Origin: Eledone cirrhosa
Lineage: Eukaryota
Length of the DNA stretch: 64,000 bases
Assembly (NCBI GenBank): GCA_964016885.1
Contig: OZ024745.1
Coordinates: forward strand, 18,476,001 to 18,540,000
Direction of reading: 5' to 3'
Shown here: positions 28,073 through 44,029 of the stretch, piece by piece
Layout: the number at the start of each line of letters is the position of its first letter
Position numbering within the stretch: position 1 is the first letter of the stretch
Translations under genes and position numbers: made by a program
Notes under the pieces: generated by a model
Databases searched by the model: none
Told to the model about the DNA's origin: nothing
The model's input: the letters and a program-made list of their open reading frames with translations, nothing else

Positions 28073-28329
28073 GTATCTATACAACAGATTTGCATTTATC
28101 ATTGTTTCATTAAATATCTAAATGTTATTCTTTTAATTTGTACTTATCAAAAATAAGTATTATAAATTGCAATAGTACAAAAATATTTACTATATTCAGA
28201 GAAACCCACAGTAATGTACAATCCTACCACAGACCCTTTATGCAGCAATCTTCGGACAGGAAATAACAAGATGTTCGGATTTTCCCGTTTTTCTTGACCA
28301 ATATTAATTTGCATTATGTATAGCAGCTA

Positions 28330-28519
28330 GGGCGGTGGATTGGCAGTATCAGTAGCAAGTCGGACGCCATGCTTTCCAACATACTTACGTCACTTTACGG
28401 TCTGAGTTCAGATCCCGCCGAGGTTAACTTTGCCTTTCATCCTTACGGGGTCGATCAAATAAAGTACCAGTAATGTACTGGGTAATTGCTGGCCTTGTGC
28501 CAAAAGTAGAAACAATTAT
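28330..28519 (+). mobile_element. Deu/Nin-core SINE (full length)
   Basis: GGCGGTGGATTGGCAG A-box-like start, GAGTTCAGATCC, core and TGTGCCAAAAGTAGAAAC end. Confidence 0.85.
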
Positions 28520-29394
28520 ATATAGCGGCTATGAATTAAAATTACGTTTTGATCATTTAAAATATCTAAACAAATACAAAGAGAACATTTTAAGTAGAAA
28601 CATTGTATTTCTTTCCTTTTACTATTGTTATTTAAAATGGAACATTTATATTGTTACCTTCTACTCCGGGCTGTAACTCCTTTACTTAAAATATAATCAT
28701 TAAAAAGTAAAGTAAAAAAAGAAATTATATTGAACAAATACAGAGTAATACATTTCTTTTTCGTGACTTTATATGGGAGTATTTTTTGCACTACAAAATA
28801 ACCAATATTAAAAGAATACATTACAATATTCATGACAATAAGGAGAACAGAATGAACGAAAAGGAGAGGAAAATAAGAAAATAAAGAGTAAAACAGAGTA
28901 TATTTGATCTTTAGTAATCCACATAAAAAATATCACAAGATACTCGACATACCTCGAGATACAGAGCGAAAAATATTTTCTATGTTTTCACCTGGCAAGT
29001 TATTTTCTGTCTTTAGAAATGGTATGAAATGGAAATTAAAGTATACTGGGAAAATAATGGAGTGCATATAAAAACGAGAGAGGTATATAGAATATGTGCT
29101 ATATTGAAACTAGCGTGCATAGTGTAGATCACGAACATGAAAACAAAGCACCACAGGGACTCAGTACTACGGAGACCACAAGATTCAAATGTAGAGAATT
29201 TAAATATTAGCCATTTTTTGCGTGTGTGTGTGTAAAAAATAGTATGGGTATGTAGAAGCATATATCATCCAAAAGGGGAGATTTGTTCATTTTCCCAGAT
29301 ATATTTTTATAAACAAAGAAACTTTAGTCCAAAAAAGAATCATTAGATAAAATATATACAGTATTTCCTCTCCCAATCAATATATACCCTTTAA

Positions 29395-29460
<66 letters not shown>

Positions 29461-29680
29461 AAAAGGTAAACAGAAATAACAACACAATCGGTACAGTATA
29501 TGGAAGGTATATATTAGGTTAACGCCTGATATAGCAGGAAGAGGGTCTTAAATTTTTGGACGCTAGTCCTTCGTCAGAAGAAAGAATGAGAAATAAAATA
29601 GATAGAGGGGACGAGCGGGTTGGAAATGGAAAAAATGTCTTTAGATAAAAATAACAGGTCCATTCATGTTGACATCTCCT
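29461..29680 (-). mobile_element. Mini-element with degenerate HHR
   Basis: Minus 29546-29581: TCTT CTGACGA A GGAC tagc GTCC AAAAA TTT AAGA (GAAA mutated). Confidence 0.5.
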
Positions 29681-29704
29681 GCAAAACTGCGCGTGTGTGT
29701 GTGT

Positions 29705-29857
29705 ACGATGGGCTTCAACACAGCTTCGAGCCAGTAAATTTCACTCACAAGGCATTGGTCAATCCGTGTATATAGAATCCCCTGGATCATGGTGCCACGT
29801 TTTGGGACTTAATTCGAAACCAGATGACTGACACCCGAACATATTAACCACAGCCAA
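29705..29857 (-). mobile_element. Octopus-type tRNA-derived SINE
   Basis: TCACTCACAAGGCATTGGTC...GGTGCCACG...GGGACT...TTAACCACAGCC. Confidence 0.6.
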
Positions 29858-30244
29858 AAGCCATGCAGCCCCCACCCTCCCCACACACACACATACACAT
29901 ACACACATATGTGTATATAAAGCAATGGTCTAGAGAATACAATCATGATATAGGCTCATTAGTGAGGTATGTAAGTATATGTATAGCTGTATGTATTCTT
30001 TTGATATAACAGACTTATTTCTAGATTTCGTTAGAGATAAAATATTTACTTCTAAAGCTATTTACTGCGTCTCACGAGCTGTTCATTGGAGTTTTATCAT
30101 ACGAAACATGACATTTACTAGAAAATAGAAACAAAAGTGGAAATCTTATAGAATACATAGATATTTAAATAACAATATACGAAAACAGATACTTAATATG
30201 TACATTACGGAGACTGGGTAATGAGCTTAAATATAAGATATACG

Positions 30245-30284
<40 letters not shown>

Positions 30285-30879
30285 GCAAACACACACATAC
30301 ACAAACGTATGTGCGTACGCACGCACGCAGATATATATGTATATGTAAATACATAATACATATATAAATACATACATTTTGAAATAGAAATATATAAGTG
30401 TGTATGTGTGTGCCTGTGTGTAGATTTCTTGAAGAATCTATAAGAATCTGTTCTGTTTCTATATTGCCCTCAGCTATATTTCAATATCTCCATCTAAGGT
30501 TTTTCAAGTGTCAGTGTTTGCTTCAGTGCACTAAAGGTATTCTTGTAAGTCTACCATATTAACTTTCAATCCTCATTCAACGCATCATCAAACTTAACTT
30601 TTCCTTTCACAAACCACCATGGATGTCGTATCACATACAATGCAGTAAATATCTCTGATTCTTAAGAATCTTAATCATCATCATCATCAATAATATGACT
30701 ACATCATCAACGCCATCATCATCATCACCATCCTTATTTTTAGCAATATTATTAGTAATATTATTATTGAATGTAAATGCCACACTTGATTTTCTTTCTG
30801 TTGTTTTGCTGATTGTTTTTCTCAGTATTTCATTTTATATACTCTCCTAAAAGTCTTGTCTATTGTAGCCAATATGAAA

Positions 30880-30916
<37 letters not shown>

Positions 30917-31081
30917 TTCAATCTGTTGATTTTCTTCACGTAATCCCTCACACATCAATGTTTACGCGCATGGTTTCTTACTTTCTAACACATAAATACA
31001 CACATACGCACATACACACACACACACGCATATATATATGTACATATATATGCATATGTATATAAATAAATAATTAAATAA

Positions 31082-31112
<31 letters not shown>

Positions 31113-31326
31113 AATATATATATATAATTATATATACTTTGTTTCTTTTAATAGGACTAAAATTTCAGTAAATAAGTGAAACATTTCTGTTTTCTATCCT
31201 GTTTTACCGAAACCATGTTCAACGACCTGACAACACAGATTTCATCGTTGCTAAACAAAGCCTAAACAATTGTTTCTTTGCATTTGACAGGATTTTTCAT
31301 CGGGATAGGGAAGGGTGTGTTTGTGC

Positions 31327-31421
<95 letters not shown>

Positions 31422-31424
<3 letters not shown>

Positions 31425-31575
31425 CGGGAGAGAAATAGTCTGCGTTGTGAGACCGGGGAGACCACTAATCACGGGGTGACCACTCAATACATAGGGAGAT
31501 GCAGCGTGGGGATATATGTTTAATCCGGACCGTGGTGCCTTCGGTTTGTGTGTTCAGCATCCTTTCCGAAGGTGC

Positions 31576-31617
<42 letters not shown>

Positions 31618-31770
31618 GCACCTTCGGAAAGGATGCTGAACACACAAACCGAAGGCACCACGGTCCGGATTAAACATATATCCCCACGCTGCATCTCCCT
31701 ATGTATTGAGTGGTCACCCCGTGATTAGTGGTCTCCCCGGTCTCACAACGCAGACTATTTCTCTCCCGCA

Positions 31771-31771
<1 letters not shown>
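31422..31771. repeat. Perfect palindrome: two identical ~157-bp arms around a (TA)n spacer
   Basis: 31422-31578 is the reverse complement of 31615-31771; identical ORFs reported on both strands. Confidence 0.95.
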
Positions 31772-31822
<51 letters not shown>

Positions 31823-31914
31823 CAAGCCCAATGCTCTAACGACTAAGCCATGCGCCTTCACACACACACACACACACACATATATATAATATATATATAT
31901 ATATATTATATATA

Positions 31915-32980
31915 TTTCATTGGCCTCTCTGATTGCCTATCTGCTGGGTCATTTCTATGTTTAGATATTATTCTAATTTCTATGTTGTCTATGTTACCGT
32001 CATGTTGTTGTCTGGCATGTTCGTATAGTACTGACCCGTTTTTTCGTCCTTTTAGTTCCCCCCAGTGTTGGTCTATCCTTTCACCTATGCTACGAGCTGT
32101 CTCGCCTATGTATGTTGTTGTCATGTTTCTGCAAGTACCCTCTGTACATCTTATGCTATAGACTACGTTTCTAGTTTTACAGTTTATCCGGGGGTTTACC
32201 TTACATATGATACATTTCCTATTAGTACAGTGGGTTTTCTTAAAAGGGTAGGTTTTGCTGATCAGGGATTTTATGGTGGTTCCTGGCTTTTCTACCACCT
32301 TAATCTTTAAGTGGGTCTTTCTCAGGGCCTTTCTACACTGGTTAGCTCAGAGAGGCCAGTGAAATAGAACTTAGAAGGCCAAGACTAAACAGAAAGAATG
32401 AATGGAATAAAAACAACACCCAAACAAACAACACTGACCTAAGAGAAGTATAAATAAATAAATAAATAGATAAATAAATAAATAAATAAATACATACACA
32501 AGCACAATAACAACAACCACATATAAACACACACTAGTAAACATAGAATACATTAACCAATACACAGTCACCCAATCAGGAACACACATCAAACAAAACA
32601 CTATACACACACGCAAACGCATGCGTGAAGAAGACAAAATAAAATAAACAAACAAACAAATAAATAAATAAATATATAAACAGACTAAATAAAGATGGCG
32701 TAGAAATACAATGCAACGGGAGGAATCTATAGCACCACTGACGATTTTGCAGATGTGCAACGAAAGAACTTTGATAAACTATATATATGTGTTTGTGTCT
32801 ATATTGTATCTGTATTATTTTTGACCATTGGTCAGTCAATGGCAACATTGAGGACCGAATATATTAGATTACCGATATAAAAGACACAGAAGCGTAAAGC
32901 GAAAATCAACCAAACAGTGAGTGTGTTCTGTTATTAATTCTGGCAATATTACACAAATATGACCCTCCCCAAGTATAACA

Positions 32981-32982
<2 letters not shown>
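31915..32982. mobile_element. Family A PLE 3' fragment with inverted GIY-YIG segment, then pseudo-LTR
   Basis: Minus 31915-32346 encodes NVVYSIRC...YIGETARSIGER..QH; plus 32347-32982 resumes at REASEIE and matches 57826-58403. Confidence 0.9.
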
Positions 32983-33011
<29 letters not shown>

Positions 33012-33448
33012 TTAGGGTAAATATTGATGCAATTCAATTCAAGCACTCAACGTACTTTTCCCACATAGCAGTGACGGAGTAAATATCGAATAAGTAAAAG
33101 CGAAGTAGTTTCAGATGTTCAAGTCCTTTAATAATAATGCTGTGATATATATTTCAATGACGACACTGGCCATACTGTTCTGTGTACTAGTGTCGCGACA
33201 TCATCAGACAGATATATATATATATATATGTGACTTCTCTCTTTTCCTCTCTTTACCTCTCTTTACGTTGCATTACTACCATGTTGTTTGTTTACTTTCC
33301 CCATCCAATTCGCTCTGTCCCAATAACTGATTTTAGTTATTTCTCGCACTGATTTTGAGGTATCTGGTCTTTAATGCGAAGAAATACCAATGATAGTCAG
33401 CAGGCTACTGATGATGGACAGTCCTGTTTCTCGGTCTATTTTCATTCA

Positions 33449-33737
<289 letters not shown>

Positions 33738-33796
33738 TTTCACTCGTGTAGGACACCTCGGTTATTTTTCATTTTGTAAAAAAAACCTCACTTTCA

Positions 33797-33939
<143 letters not shown>

Positions 33940-33942
33940 GTG

Positions 33943-34184
33943 CAGGCGCATGGCTTAGTGGTTGGAGCAATTGGCTTGCACTCGAAAGGTTGTGAGTTCA
34001 ATTCTCGGACCGGCTGATGTGTTGTTTCCTTGAGCAAGACACTTTATTTCCCGTTACTCCAGTGTACTCAGCTGTAGAAATGAGAGGATAGGACTGAGGT
34101 CCCTATCATTAAATCATCACCCAAGACACCTCCAACGAGATATAGCTGGGAGCAGGCCAGCTGAACCTGCATGGGTGTGAGCCG

Positions 34185-34190
<6 letters not shown>
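33943..34190 (+). mobile_element. CORE-like tRNA-derived SINE
   Basis: GGCGCATGGCTTAGTGG (A box), GAGTTCAATTC (B box), TCCTTGAGCAAGACACTT; relatives at 42345-42600 and 47300-47420. Confidence 0.75.
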
Positions 34191-34279
<89 letters not shown>

Positions 34280-35239
34280 AAGAGTGTGTGTGTAAACAAA
34301 GATCTATACGCCTGTATATATTGTGTGTGTATATAGTGTAACATTTCATGTCGAGTGGATTCGTCTTTGTAATTACGTTAAGGAAACGTGGATGGTTTTT
34401 CTCTTAATATTCAACACTTACAAATTTGTTCACAGTCTAATCGTTCAGTTTATCAAATATGTTACTGCTTTTCGTTGATCCATCGTCGTCATAATATGAT
34501 ATATTTTCAGCTATTACGATTGTGCATGTTTAAGTTTAGACGTTAATGAGCTGGGTTTTATCATATAATGCTAAACTAAAAATTTTGAAAACAATGTACT
34601 GATAATATTATATAGTTAAATTATAAAATAGTGCAACCTACAGAACTTTAAGATGTCAAAAAAGAGGTTAATATTTTACAAGGATTTGATTCTGAGTTGT
34701 TTTATTTTTACAACATCGCATATAATATAGACGTCGGTTTGCCGGCAGTATCTAATCCCCATTCAACTTTTGTTCAATTACAGTGAATATGTGACTGTAA
34801 ACAAAGGAACGTAATATGATATTACTAAAGAAATCTTATTACAAAAGAACAATTAACAGCTACATACAGTATTTGAGATGTCTTATTCTAGAGAAAATTC
34901 CGATAGGTTATCATCTTTTTTGGAATAGACGATGTCTTCATTTTTCTAAGAAATTAATATTTGTTAATATAGTTCAGACAAGATGTTTTCAAAGAAGAAA
35001 AAACACAATATTCGCAAATCAAATTAATATTTAATAATAAAGATTTATGACATTGTCTTTTGAGAGTGGTATTTAAATTAATATTGAATACAGATCAAAT
35101 TGCGTTCGCGAATAGCAATGATATATAGAGCAGAGGATTTGGAGCTTATTTTCATAACAGTTAGGTTGAATCCTTGACCGATGCAAGTATATGTTCTAAC
35201 CTACAAGCACACTTTCATGTAATTGAAAGCAACTGCAAA

Positions 35240-35390
35240 AGCGGTGAATTGGCAGAGTCGATAAGACGTCGAGTAGAATGCTGTACGGTATTCATTTCCA
35301 TTATCTATAACCTGGGTTTAAATCCCATTGTTGTTAATTTTAACTTTCATCCTTTCGTGGTTAATAAATAGCTGTCCAGTATTAAGGTCT
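35240..35390 (+). mobile_element. Deu/Nin-core SINE (diverged)
   Basis: GGTGAATTGGCAGAGTCG...GGGTTTAAATCCC...CTTTCATCCTTTCG. Confidence 0.6.
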
Positions 35391-38300
35391 AATCTTTTGC
35401 TGTCACTTTCTCTCTCTTTCTTTCTCTCTCTCTCTATATATATAGCTCTTCTCTTCCTCTCTAGCACCCTGTATCTTTCTCGCTCTCTATCTCATTCGCT
35501 GTTCGTAACCTCTCATTCACTCGTTCTCTCTGGAAATTTAAATGTGCAAGATAGACCCAATATTACGTCTGCGCCATTTCAGTGGTCATAGATGGATGGA
35601 GTGAATAGAATGCAGCCTTTCTTTTCAATCAGGTATTTTGTCAGTAGCCAAGACATAGATATAAGATAAAGAATAATTATAGTTATATTAAATGTACAAA
35701 CCAGCACTACGCAAATTTGAAATTCAATAAAGGTCGCTCACTTTTGATTATATATCGTATGATTTTGCTCCACATATTAACACTTAGTTTAATTAATATG
35801 GCTGTGCCAACAAGAAATATACTATTCTCTCTCTCTGGACCTGCTAAACAGAGGCAACACAAATGTCTTTAATCAATCATCACACGTATTAAAAGATATA
35901 AAAGAATATTGTTGATAATATTGTCCTAGACACTCTCGGCTTAAAATGTAATGATTAATATAATCAATGTACCAAAGAGTAATCATGTCTGCAAATGCCC
36001 TATCGGGAAAGACTTTCGTCTAAAAACCATTCCTACTTTTTACGTCCATACCGAGAATCAATATTAAATTTATTTTTTCTTTACAAACGTTTATCCCTTT
36101 TGGGTCTAATTGCGTCACTCCTTCTGACATAGGAGACCTATGAATATGAACGTGAATCAGGTATTGCAAGGCCCATCTTGCAGTATGAGGCAATGAAACA
36201 AAGAGGAGAATTGACCTCAATGTGCAGAGGAAGGCCGAGATAAATGCCGCAAGTTTTAAGGACTCTACCAGCAGCCCTGCTTTCAATTATAAATGTAAAA
36301 CATACCAGTAAATATATTATTCAATAAAATATATATTATTCAAGAAAATACTATTGATAATAAAAGGGAAGGAAATTTCGGGTCAATACATTAGTAGAAC
36401 TGTTATGTTAAGATGGAGATTGGTTGTGTTTGTTAATATCATCGGTAAAGAAGGTTAGATTATTATTTATTTATTAATTATCTAAAGCCGAATTATTGTA
36501 TAATTAGAGATATGTCGTATAGGTTTCTGTATCTATTTCTACGATTGTCGTCTCGGGGTCTTTCATACATTTATTCCTTCGGTAGTTGTGGTCCAAATCT
36601 GTACTTTGCCCTAAATACTATGTGAGGAAAATCATCATATATATGTACATATAATTTGATTTAATGAATTCAGCAATTATTTCGGTAATTAATCTACAAA
36701 TTACTGGTTAGAGTGTTTCAATTAACTGACAAATGACAGAAAGTAGAATGGTGGAACAGAGATTCGCAATATATAATGAGTGATGAACGAGATACTGTGA
36801 TCATATTTCCTTTTCGTTCCTTAATCGGACAAAGGGAGGTAACATTAGTGACAGTGACCTAGTTTAGTGCCCCACAAACTGATGAAAGGAATTTTCCACA
36901 GATTAAATACTTACGCATTCTTCAAATGCTTACAATACAGCAGACAATATCTGACACATGTCTTTGATATACACGTGGCTATGACAGAAACAATTGAAAT
37001 CGAAAATGTAGACGTGACAGTCTTACCTATGTGACCATGAAAGTCCCTATAATTGAACATTAACAACATATCAAACAGCAATCCACAAAATCTACTGTTA
37101 ATTTTTAGTTGATTTAATTTAACTTTAGTTTCGCCTATCTACGTTAATTTGCTTTACGATTGTATTGTGTATCGATACATCCTTGATCATTGTCACCTTG
37201 TTCAAATATCTATAATGTTAGCAGCAAACTTTTATACCTACTTTGAAATTATTTTTACGTCAAATCATGCTATTTTCAAAATTAAGTTTTGTGGCGACTA
37301 AAACATCCTCTGATATTAAAATTTTGATCGGTGTTTACACATTGTCTATTGTAGTAGTATCACTGTTAAGAAATGTAAAGATGATATCCTTGGGTCAGTG
37401 ATTAGTTTCTAATTGTTATGAATTAATCATGAATAAAACTTTGTGCAATCCGCATGAAATATTAGCTTGAAGATAGTAAAGTTCTCAGCAGGAAGGGATA
37501 TCTTTATATCTTTCCACGAAAGATTTGCCGATTACAATTCTAATATTTGGTGACTAAGTGCAATCCAATGAGACAAACGCCTAGAGTAATAGAATTTTAA
37601 TAATATTCCATAGCCTCCCTTCTGTTATCCATGATTAACAGTATTAGTTAAAGATGAATAACCCCAACGGCGCAGCATTTTATAATCTTCTCTATCAACT
37701 AAGTTCTTGTTATTTGGGGATAAATGTTATGTGCGCAGTAAAAGGTTGTGTCTTTTAAATTAGGTTCAACAATTTCTATAATATAAGTTCTCTACTCCGA
37801 GATGTATATGTTCAGTAACAAATGAAGCTTACAGGCAAGTCCTTACCGTTGACACGGATCTATTTTGTAATTGTAATTTACAAGTACTTCTCAATAGTTT
37901 GAGATTGTATGTATAAACTTCCTAAGTTGAGAGGAAAAGCTATAAAGCTATATCTTCCCATTGTATAACTGGTTATAAAACAACCAATTAAGTTTGCCAT
38001 GGTTTACATTATAAAATTAATCAACATCGCATTTAACTTTACCATGTGTAGAAATTCAAATATGGGTACAGGAATTTAATGGCATGTAAAATCTCTTGTA
38101 GATTAGACAAAGTTTCTTATTGTTTCTGACCATTTCTCTACTCAGCTGACAGATTTAACATTTCTATATTTTCGTTTACATTACGCTATGATATTTGCGG
38201 CATAGTTTTTACATTTGTAAAGAGTATAAAACCCTGAAATATTATGTTGAAATATAATGGATAGAAACATTACTTCATTTTGTTTTCTTTGTTATCCTTT

Positions 38301-38825
38301 GCCCTTTATATGTTTTTTTACCACAGAGTTCTGAAATGTATCAGTCATTTATTACAAATCTCAGAATGATTCATATTAACTATACTGTAAATGAGTATAT
38401 TTTATGAATAAAATATCTAATTCTTTAAAAACATTTCCTGTTGTTACTTGTGCCTTGTAACTCTTGTGCAATATTTTGTTTCTTTTCCGGAATGTTTTTT
38501 GTGTCTATTATATATTATTAGTTTAAATCTTGCGAATTATATTTTAGATTCATAGAGAATGAAAATTAATTTTTTTTTTTTTTGTCAATATCTTTGGAAC
38601 GTGGCGAGCGAAATTTTTATTTGAAATAGAAATAAAAGATTCGTCGTAATATTTTCAGTAAATAACATAGTCTAATAATGAGGCTTATAAACCCACTGGA
38701 CAGAAAAAGGTGGGAATAGGTATCCGGGGCTTAGAGTACTCCGTCGGTGGGAGGTGTTATGTGTAATCAGACTGAATGAGTTGATGTTTAACCTAATAAA
38801 ACTGAAGTATATATATATATATATA

Positions 38826-39222
<397 letters not shown>

Positions 39223-39470
39223 GTATGTGTATATATATATATGGAAGAAGTTATAGTTCTCTTGAAGCATTGTGTAATGAGGTATAAACGTTAGTATTTG
39301 TAACGCTGGCTTATCCACTTTATTTCCCTCCGAACAAGAGATATTAAGAGATATTATCTCGAAAATTAAGGATATTTAAATAAATTTAAGGTAAAAGACG
39401 ATATCTTTTGCATTTTCATTTATATTCTATATCCATACCTGCATTGTTTTGGCTTTACAAACACAAACAT

Positions 39471-39520
<50 letters not shown>

Positions 39521-40158
39521 CCGAAATACGATTCTCGCTAATTTATATTTGTATTAATCTCCAGAGTCTAGCTATTGACCAGTTAATTTTCTTGATTTTT
39601 TTAGTTAATTCTATTGACTGATTAATACCTTTTGTTAATTTTAAAACCATTCTGTTGAGAACTTAATTCGTTTTGTGATATTTTGCAATTTTGCAATAAT
39701 AACACACATACTGAATTCATCCGCCAAAACTAAAGGTTGCCCCCTTGTCGAGCCCCACGTGGGTTTTGATAACGGTCAGTCCTTCGCTTGGTACTTGAAC
39801 TAAAAGCCTGTTGAGAAAGTGACTTCCTTGTTCGATCTTCTTACCAAAACCTTACCATCATTTGTCTAAGCAGACAGTACTTGATTTAGGAGTTGCAGAA
39901 ACCTAAATGGTGGATTTTACCAACCTTCCAGAGGTCCGGGTATAATTTTCAATTATATTTTATTAGTTTGACCCGAATTACTTGGTCGTTTCTATGGCTG
40001 TGCGGATAATGGTTTAACCGTCTTCTCAGTGTGTTTGGCCTTTTAACTTATGTTGTAGCTCTAGTCCACTAGATTCTATGGAGCGCTTGACACACATCTC
40101 GAAAGTTGTATTTTGCTAATTTCCAATAACCGAAATACGATTCTCGGTAATTTATATT

Positions 40159-40163
<5 letters not shown>
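39521..40163. mobile_element. ~609-bp insert in TA tract with ~34-bp terminal direct repeat
   Basis: CCGAAATACGATTCTCG(C/G)TAATTTATATTTGTAT at 39521 and 40130. Confidence 0.7.
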
Positions 40164-40197
<34 letters not shown>

Positions 40198-41631
40198 GGG
40201 GGGGGGGGGTCAGTGAAATTGGGGATAACAACTAACAACTAACAATTATCCAGAAAGGAATTGTCTATTTGGTCGCTCTACCTGCAGCAACCAAATCTCA
40301 TTAATTTACAGCTTGCAATTTTGAAATGAAGAACTCCCTGGAAATGAGAGGCACCGAAATCAAGACGGGTTAGTGAAGGTCAGAACACAATTGGTGATGA
40401 GGCAGGTGGCTGTGGTAGCGTTATTGAAAATATTCCATTATTTCCATATTAAAACCCATGTAAGTCCTTAATAGCGTGACCTTTGGGTTTTCCTTTAATT
40501 CTAAATTGTGTTACTAACTAATAAAGTCTACTGATTTAAAGTTCACCTTTAATATGTCTGCAATTCAATTCTTTGAGTTCCCCATTCCAATGGAGCCAGA
40601 ATATGGCTGTGAAGTTGTTTCGCATCAGGAATTTTTTTCAAATTTATTCGAATGAAGAATATGTTTTTATTTGATTTGATTTCATGTTGCCCCCAACTAT
40701 ATATATATAGTATGTAGTGTTTATATGATCATATACACAATATCTCTTCTCGTTCTTGCATGCAGACGCTGAAATACAAAATCAATCTTATATGTAAACG
40801 TGCTATAAGATGAAGTATAAGGGTGGAAGATAATGAAGGAAGATACATGGTGAGCAAGTGAATGAGATAGAGAGAAACTATTGGAGATATATAAAGAGAG
40901 ACAAAGAATGAGCAGACAGATTTCCTCACACAACAAAATAAACGCACATTTGTGTGTGCATGTTAGTGTGTGTAGGTATGTATATATATATATATGGGGG
41001 GGGGGGGGGGTATATATACACACACATATAATACATATATATATGTATCTATATGTGTGTGTGTGTGTGTCTGTGTGTCTATATATATATATATATATAT
41101 CTACATATATATATATATATGTATGTATGTATATTTGTGTGTCTGTGTGTGTGTGTGAATATAAATATAAAATATAAGTGTGTGTGTGTTTCTGTGACTG
41201 TGCAAATGTGCATGTGTATAGATGTATTATGTATGTAGGCATGCATGTATAATGTACAAATTATATCAAAGATATAACGAGATTTAGAGAGGAGAGAGAC
41301 AAGAATATTGAACTAAATCTGAGTGGGTGGAATATTATAGGAATTGAATAGAATTGGTGTGGGAGAGGTTTGTGTATTGAACAATAAACATAAAACAAAA
41401 GTCGAAGATAGGTTCTTAATTAGTTCATCTTTTTACGATCGTTTCAGAGGATGGATTGATCATGGTAGGAAAATATATCGATATAGTGGTGGTTATGGCA
41501 CTATTTGTTTCTAGTGTCGAAATCTCTGATCGATCGCACAGTTTTTCCACGGCTTCTCCACTATCCAGTCATAAATGGACCCGATACCTAAGGTTGCGCA
41601 TATATAATAAGTGTAGGAAATTTTAAATGTA

Positions 41632-41692
<61 letters not shown>

Positions 41693-41696
41693 TTTA

Positions 41697-42340
<644 letters not shown>

Positions 42341-42703
42341 ATATGAGGAGCTGGTGATTAACGTGTTTAGCTCACGAATGTAACATCGTTGCGTCCTTGA
42401 GCAAGCCACGTTATTTGACGTTGCTTCAATCCATTCAGCTAGCAAGAGTGTGTTCTGTAATTGAAATAGACAGCTCTGTCATAACTGTGTGATGCTGAAG
42501 TTCCCTGAGAATTACGTTAGGCATTAAAGTGTATGTGAAAAGCTTAATCACTTGCAAGTTAATTTCACAAGCAGGCAGCTCCGTTGATTGAATCAACAAG
42601 TACACACATCATCGCAACGTACGGACATCCACGCACACACGCAAACACACACACGCACACACGTATATATATATTTATATATAAGTATATATATAAGTGT
42701 GGG

Positions 42704-42788
<85 letters not shown>

Positions 42789-42801
42789 GATATATATATA
42801 T

Positions 42802-42938
<137 letters not shown>

Positions 42939-43152
42939 CCAACCACGACGGCAAGCAATTTCGGCCTGTATTCGACAAACATTTTCAACTTTGCAGTCGG
43001 GTTTCTACCTTCCTATATACCCACTCAGTCTCTTTCCACGTATAGAGGATTCCTCTGAATTATGGTCTTCCCGGTCTAAGCACCACCGACTCTCTCTCTC
43101 TCTCTCTCTCTTTCACATGCGCTCTCTCTATATATATATACATATATATATA

Positions 43153-43616
43153 TAAAATACGTAGTTTAGAAAGCCACAACAATGCAGATGGGAAATCTCG
43201 AGGTAGGAAGTGAATGATAGATAGGAGAAATAGGAGAAAGTGAAAATTGAGAGAGACAAAGATGAAAACAAAACAAAGGTAGAAGGGTTACCGTAGTGGA
43301 GATTTAATCCCAATATTTCTGGCTCACGCCCATCAACGGGGGAAAGTTCCAAAAAGGGGGGGAACAGGCTAAGCCGGAGAAAGTTGTTTCTCCGGCTTAG
43401 CCTGTTCCCCCCCTTTTTGGAACTTTCCCCCGTTGATGGGCGTGAGCCAGAAATATTGGGATTAAATCTCCACTACGGTAACCCTTCTACCTTTGTTTTG
43501 TTTTCATCTTTGTCTCTCTCAATTTTCACTTTCTCCTATTTCTCCTATCTATCATTCACTTCCTACCTCGAGATTTCCCATCTGCATTGTTGTGGCTTTC
43601 TAAACTACGTATTTTA
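43153..43616. mobile_element. Perfect fold-back element (~230-bp arms, 4-nt spacer) with variant HHR
   Basis: Centre GAGAAA-gttg-TTTCTC; 43426-43461: TCCC CCGTTGA TG GGC gtga GCC A GAAA TA TT GGGA, then TTAAA; relative at 49085-49515. Confidence 0.85.
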
Positions 43617-43719
43617 CACATTTCACAATGCTTCAAGCAAACTTTAACACCCTCGTATATATATATATATATAATACATAATATATAAGAACAAAAGATG
43701 GTTAAAGGAGTTCCATGTA

Positions 43720-43786
43720 TTTTATTATGCGCATTTCAAAAACAAATATCATCATGCAATAATATTTGTGTTTTCATCAGATAAAA
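43720..43786 (-). ncRNA. Type I hammerhead inside a short fold-back element (43684-43875)
   Basis: TTTTAT CTGATGA AAACACAAATATTATT gca TGATGATATTTGTTTT T GAAA TGCGCA TA ATAAAA. Confidence 0.9.
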
Positions 43787-44029
43787 CAGGAGGACATGAT
43801 ATGAAGGTTAAAAAACACTTGTGGATAGTTCAGTTTTAAATCAATATATCCTTTAACCATCTTTTGTTCTTATATATTATGTATACTCCAGTCCTACAAA
43901 CTGTAGAGTGCTTCTTATCCGATATCTGCATTGCTTTATTGTACTACAATAAAACTCACCTCCTACATATATATAATATATATATATGTAGTGTGTGTGT
44001 GTTTGTATGTATACATATATATATGTGTG

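Noticed and set aside
31140-31312. HHR-like remnants here and at ~33405-33435 and ~41425-41465
   Set aside because: Only half of the core, or broken stems; not counted as ribozymes.
36020-36286. 88-aa ORF in a repeat-poor stretch as a host exon
   Set aside because: No recognisable domain or convincing splice sites.
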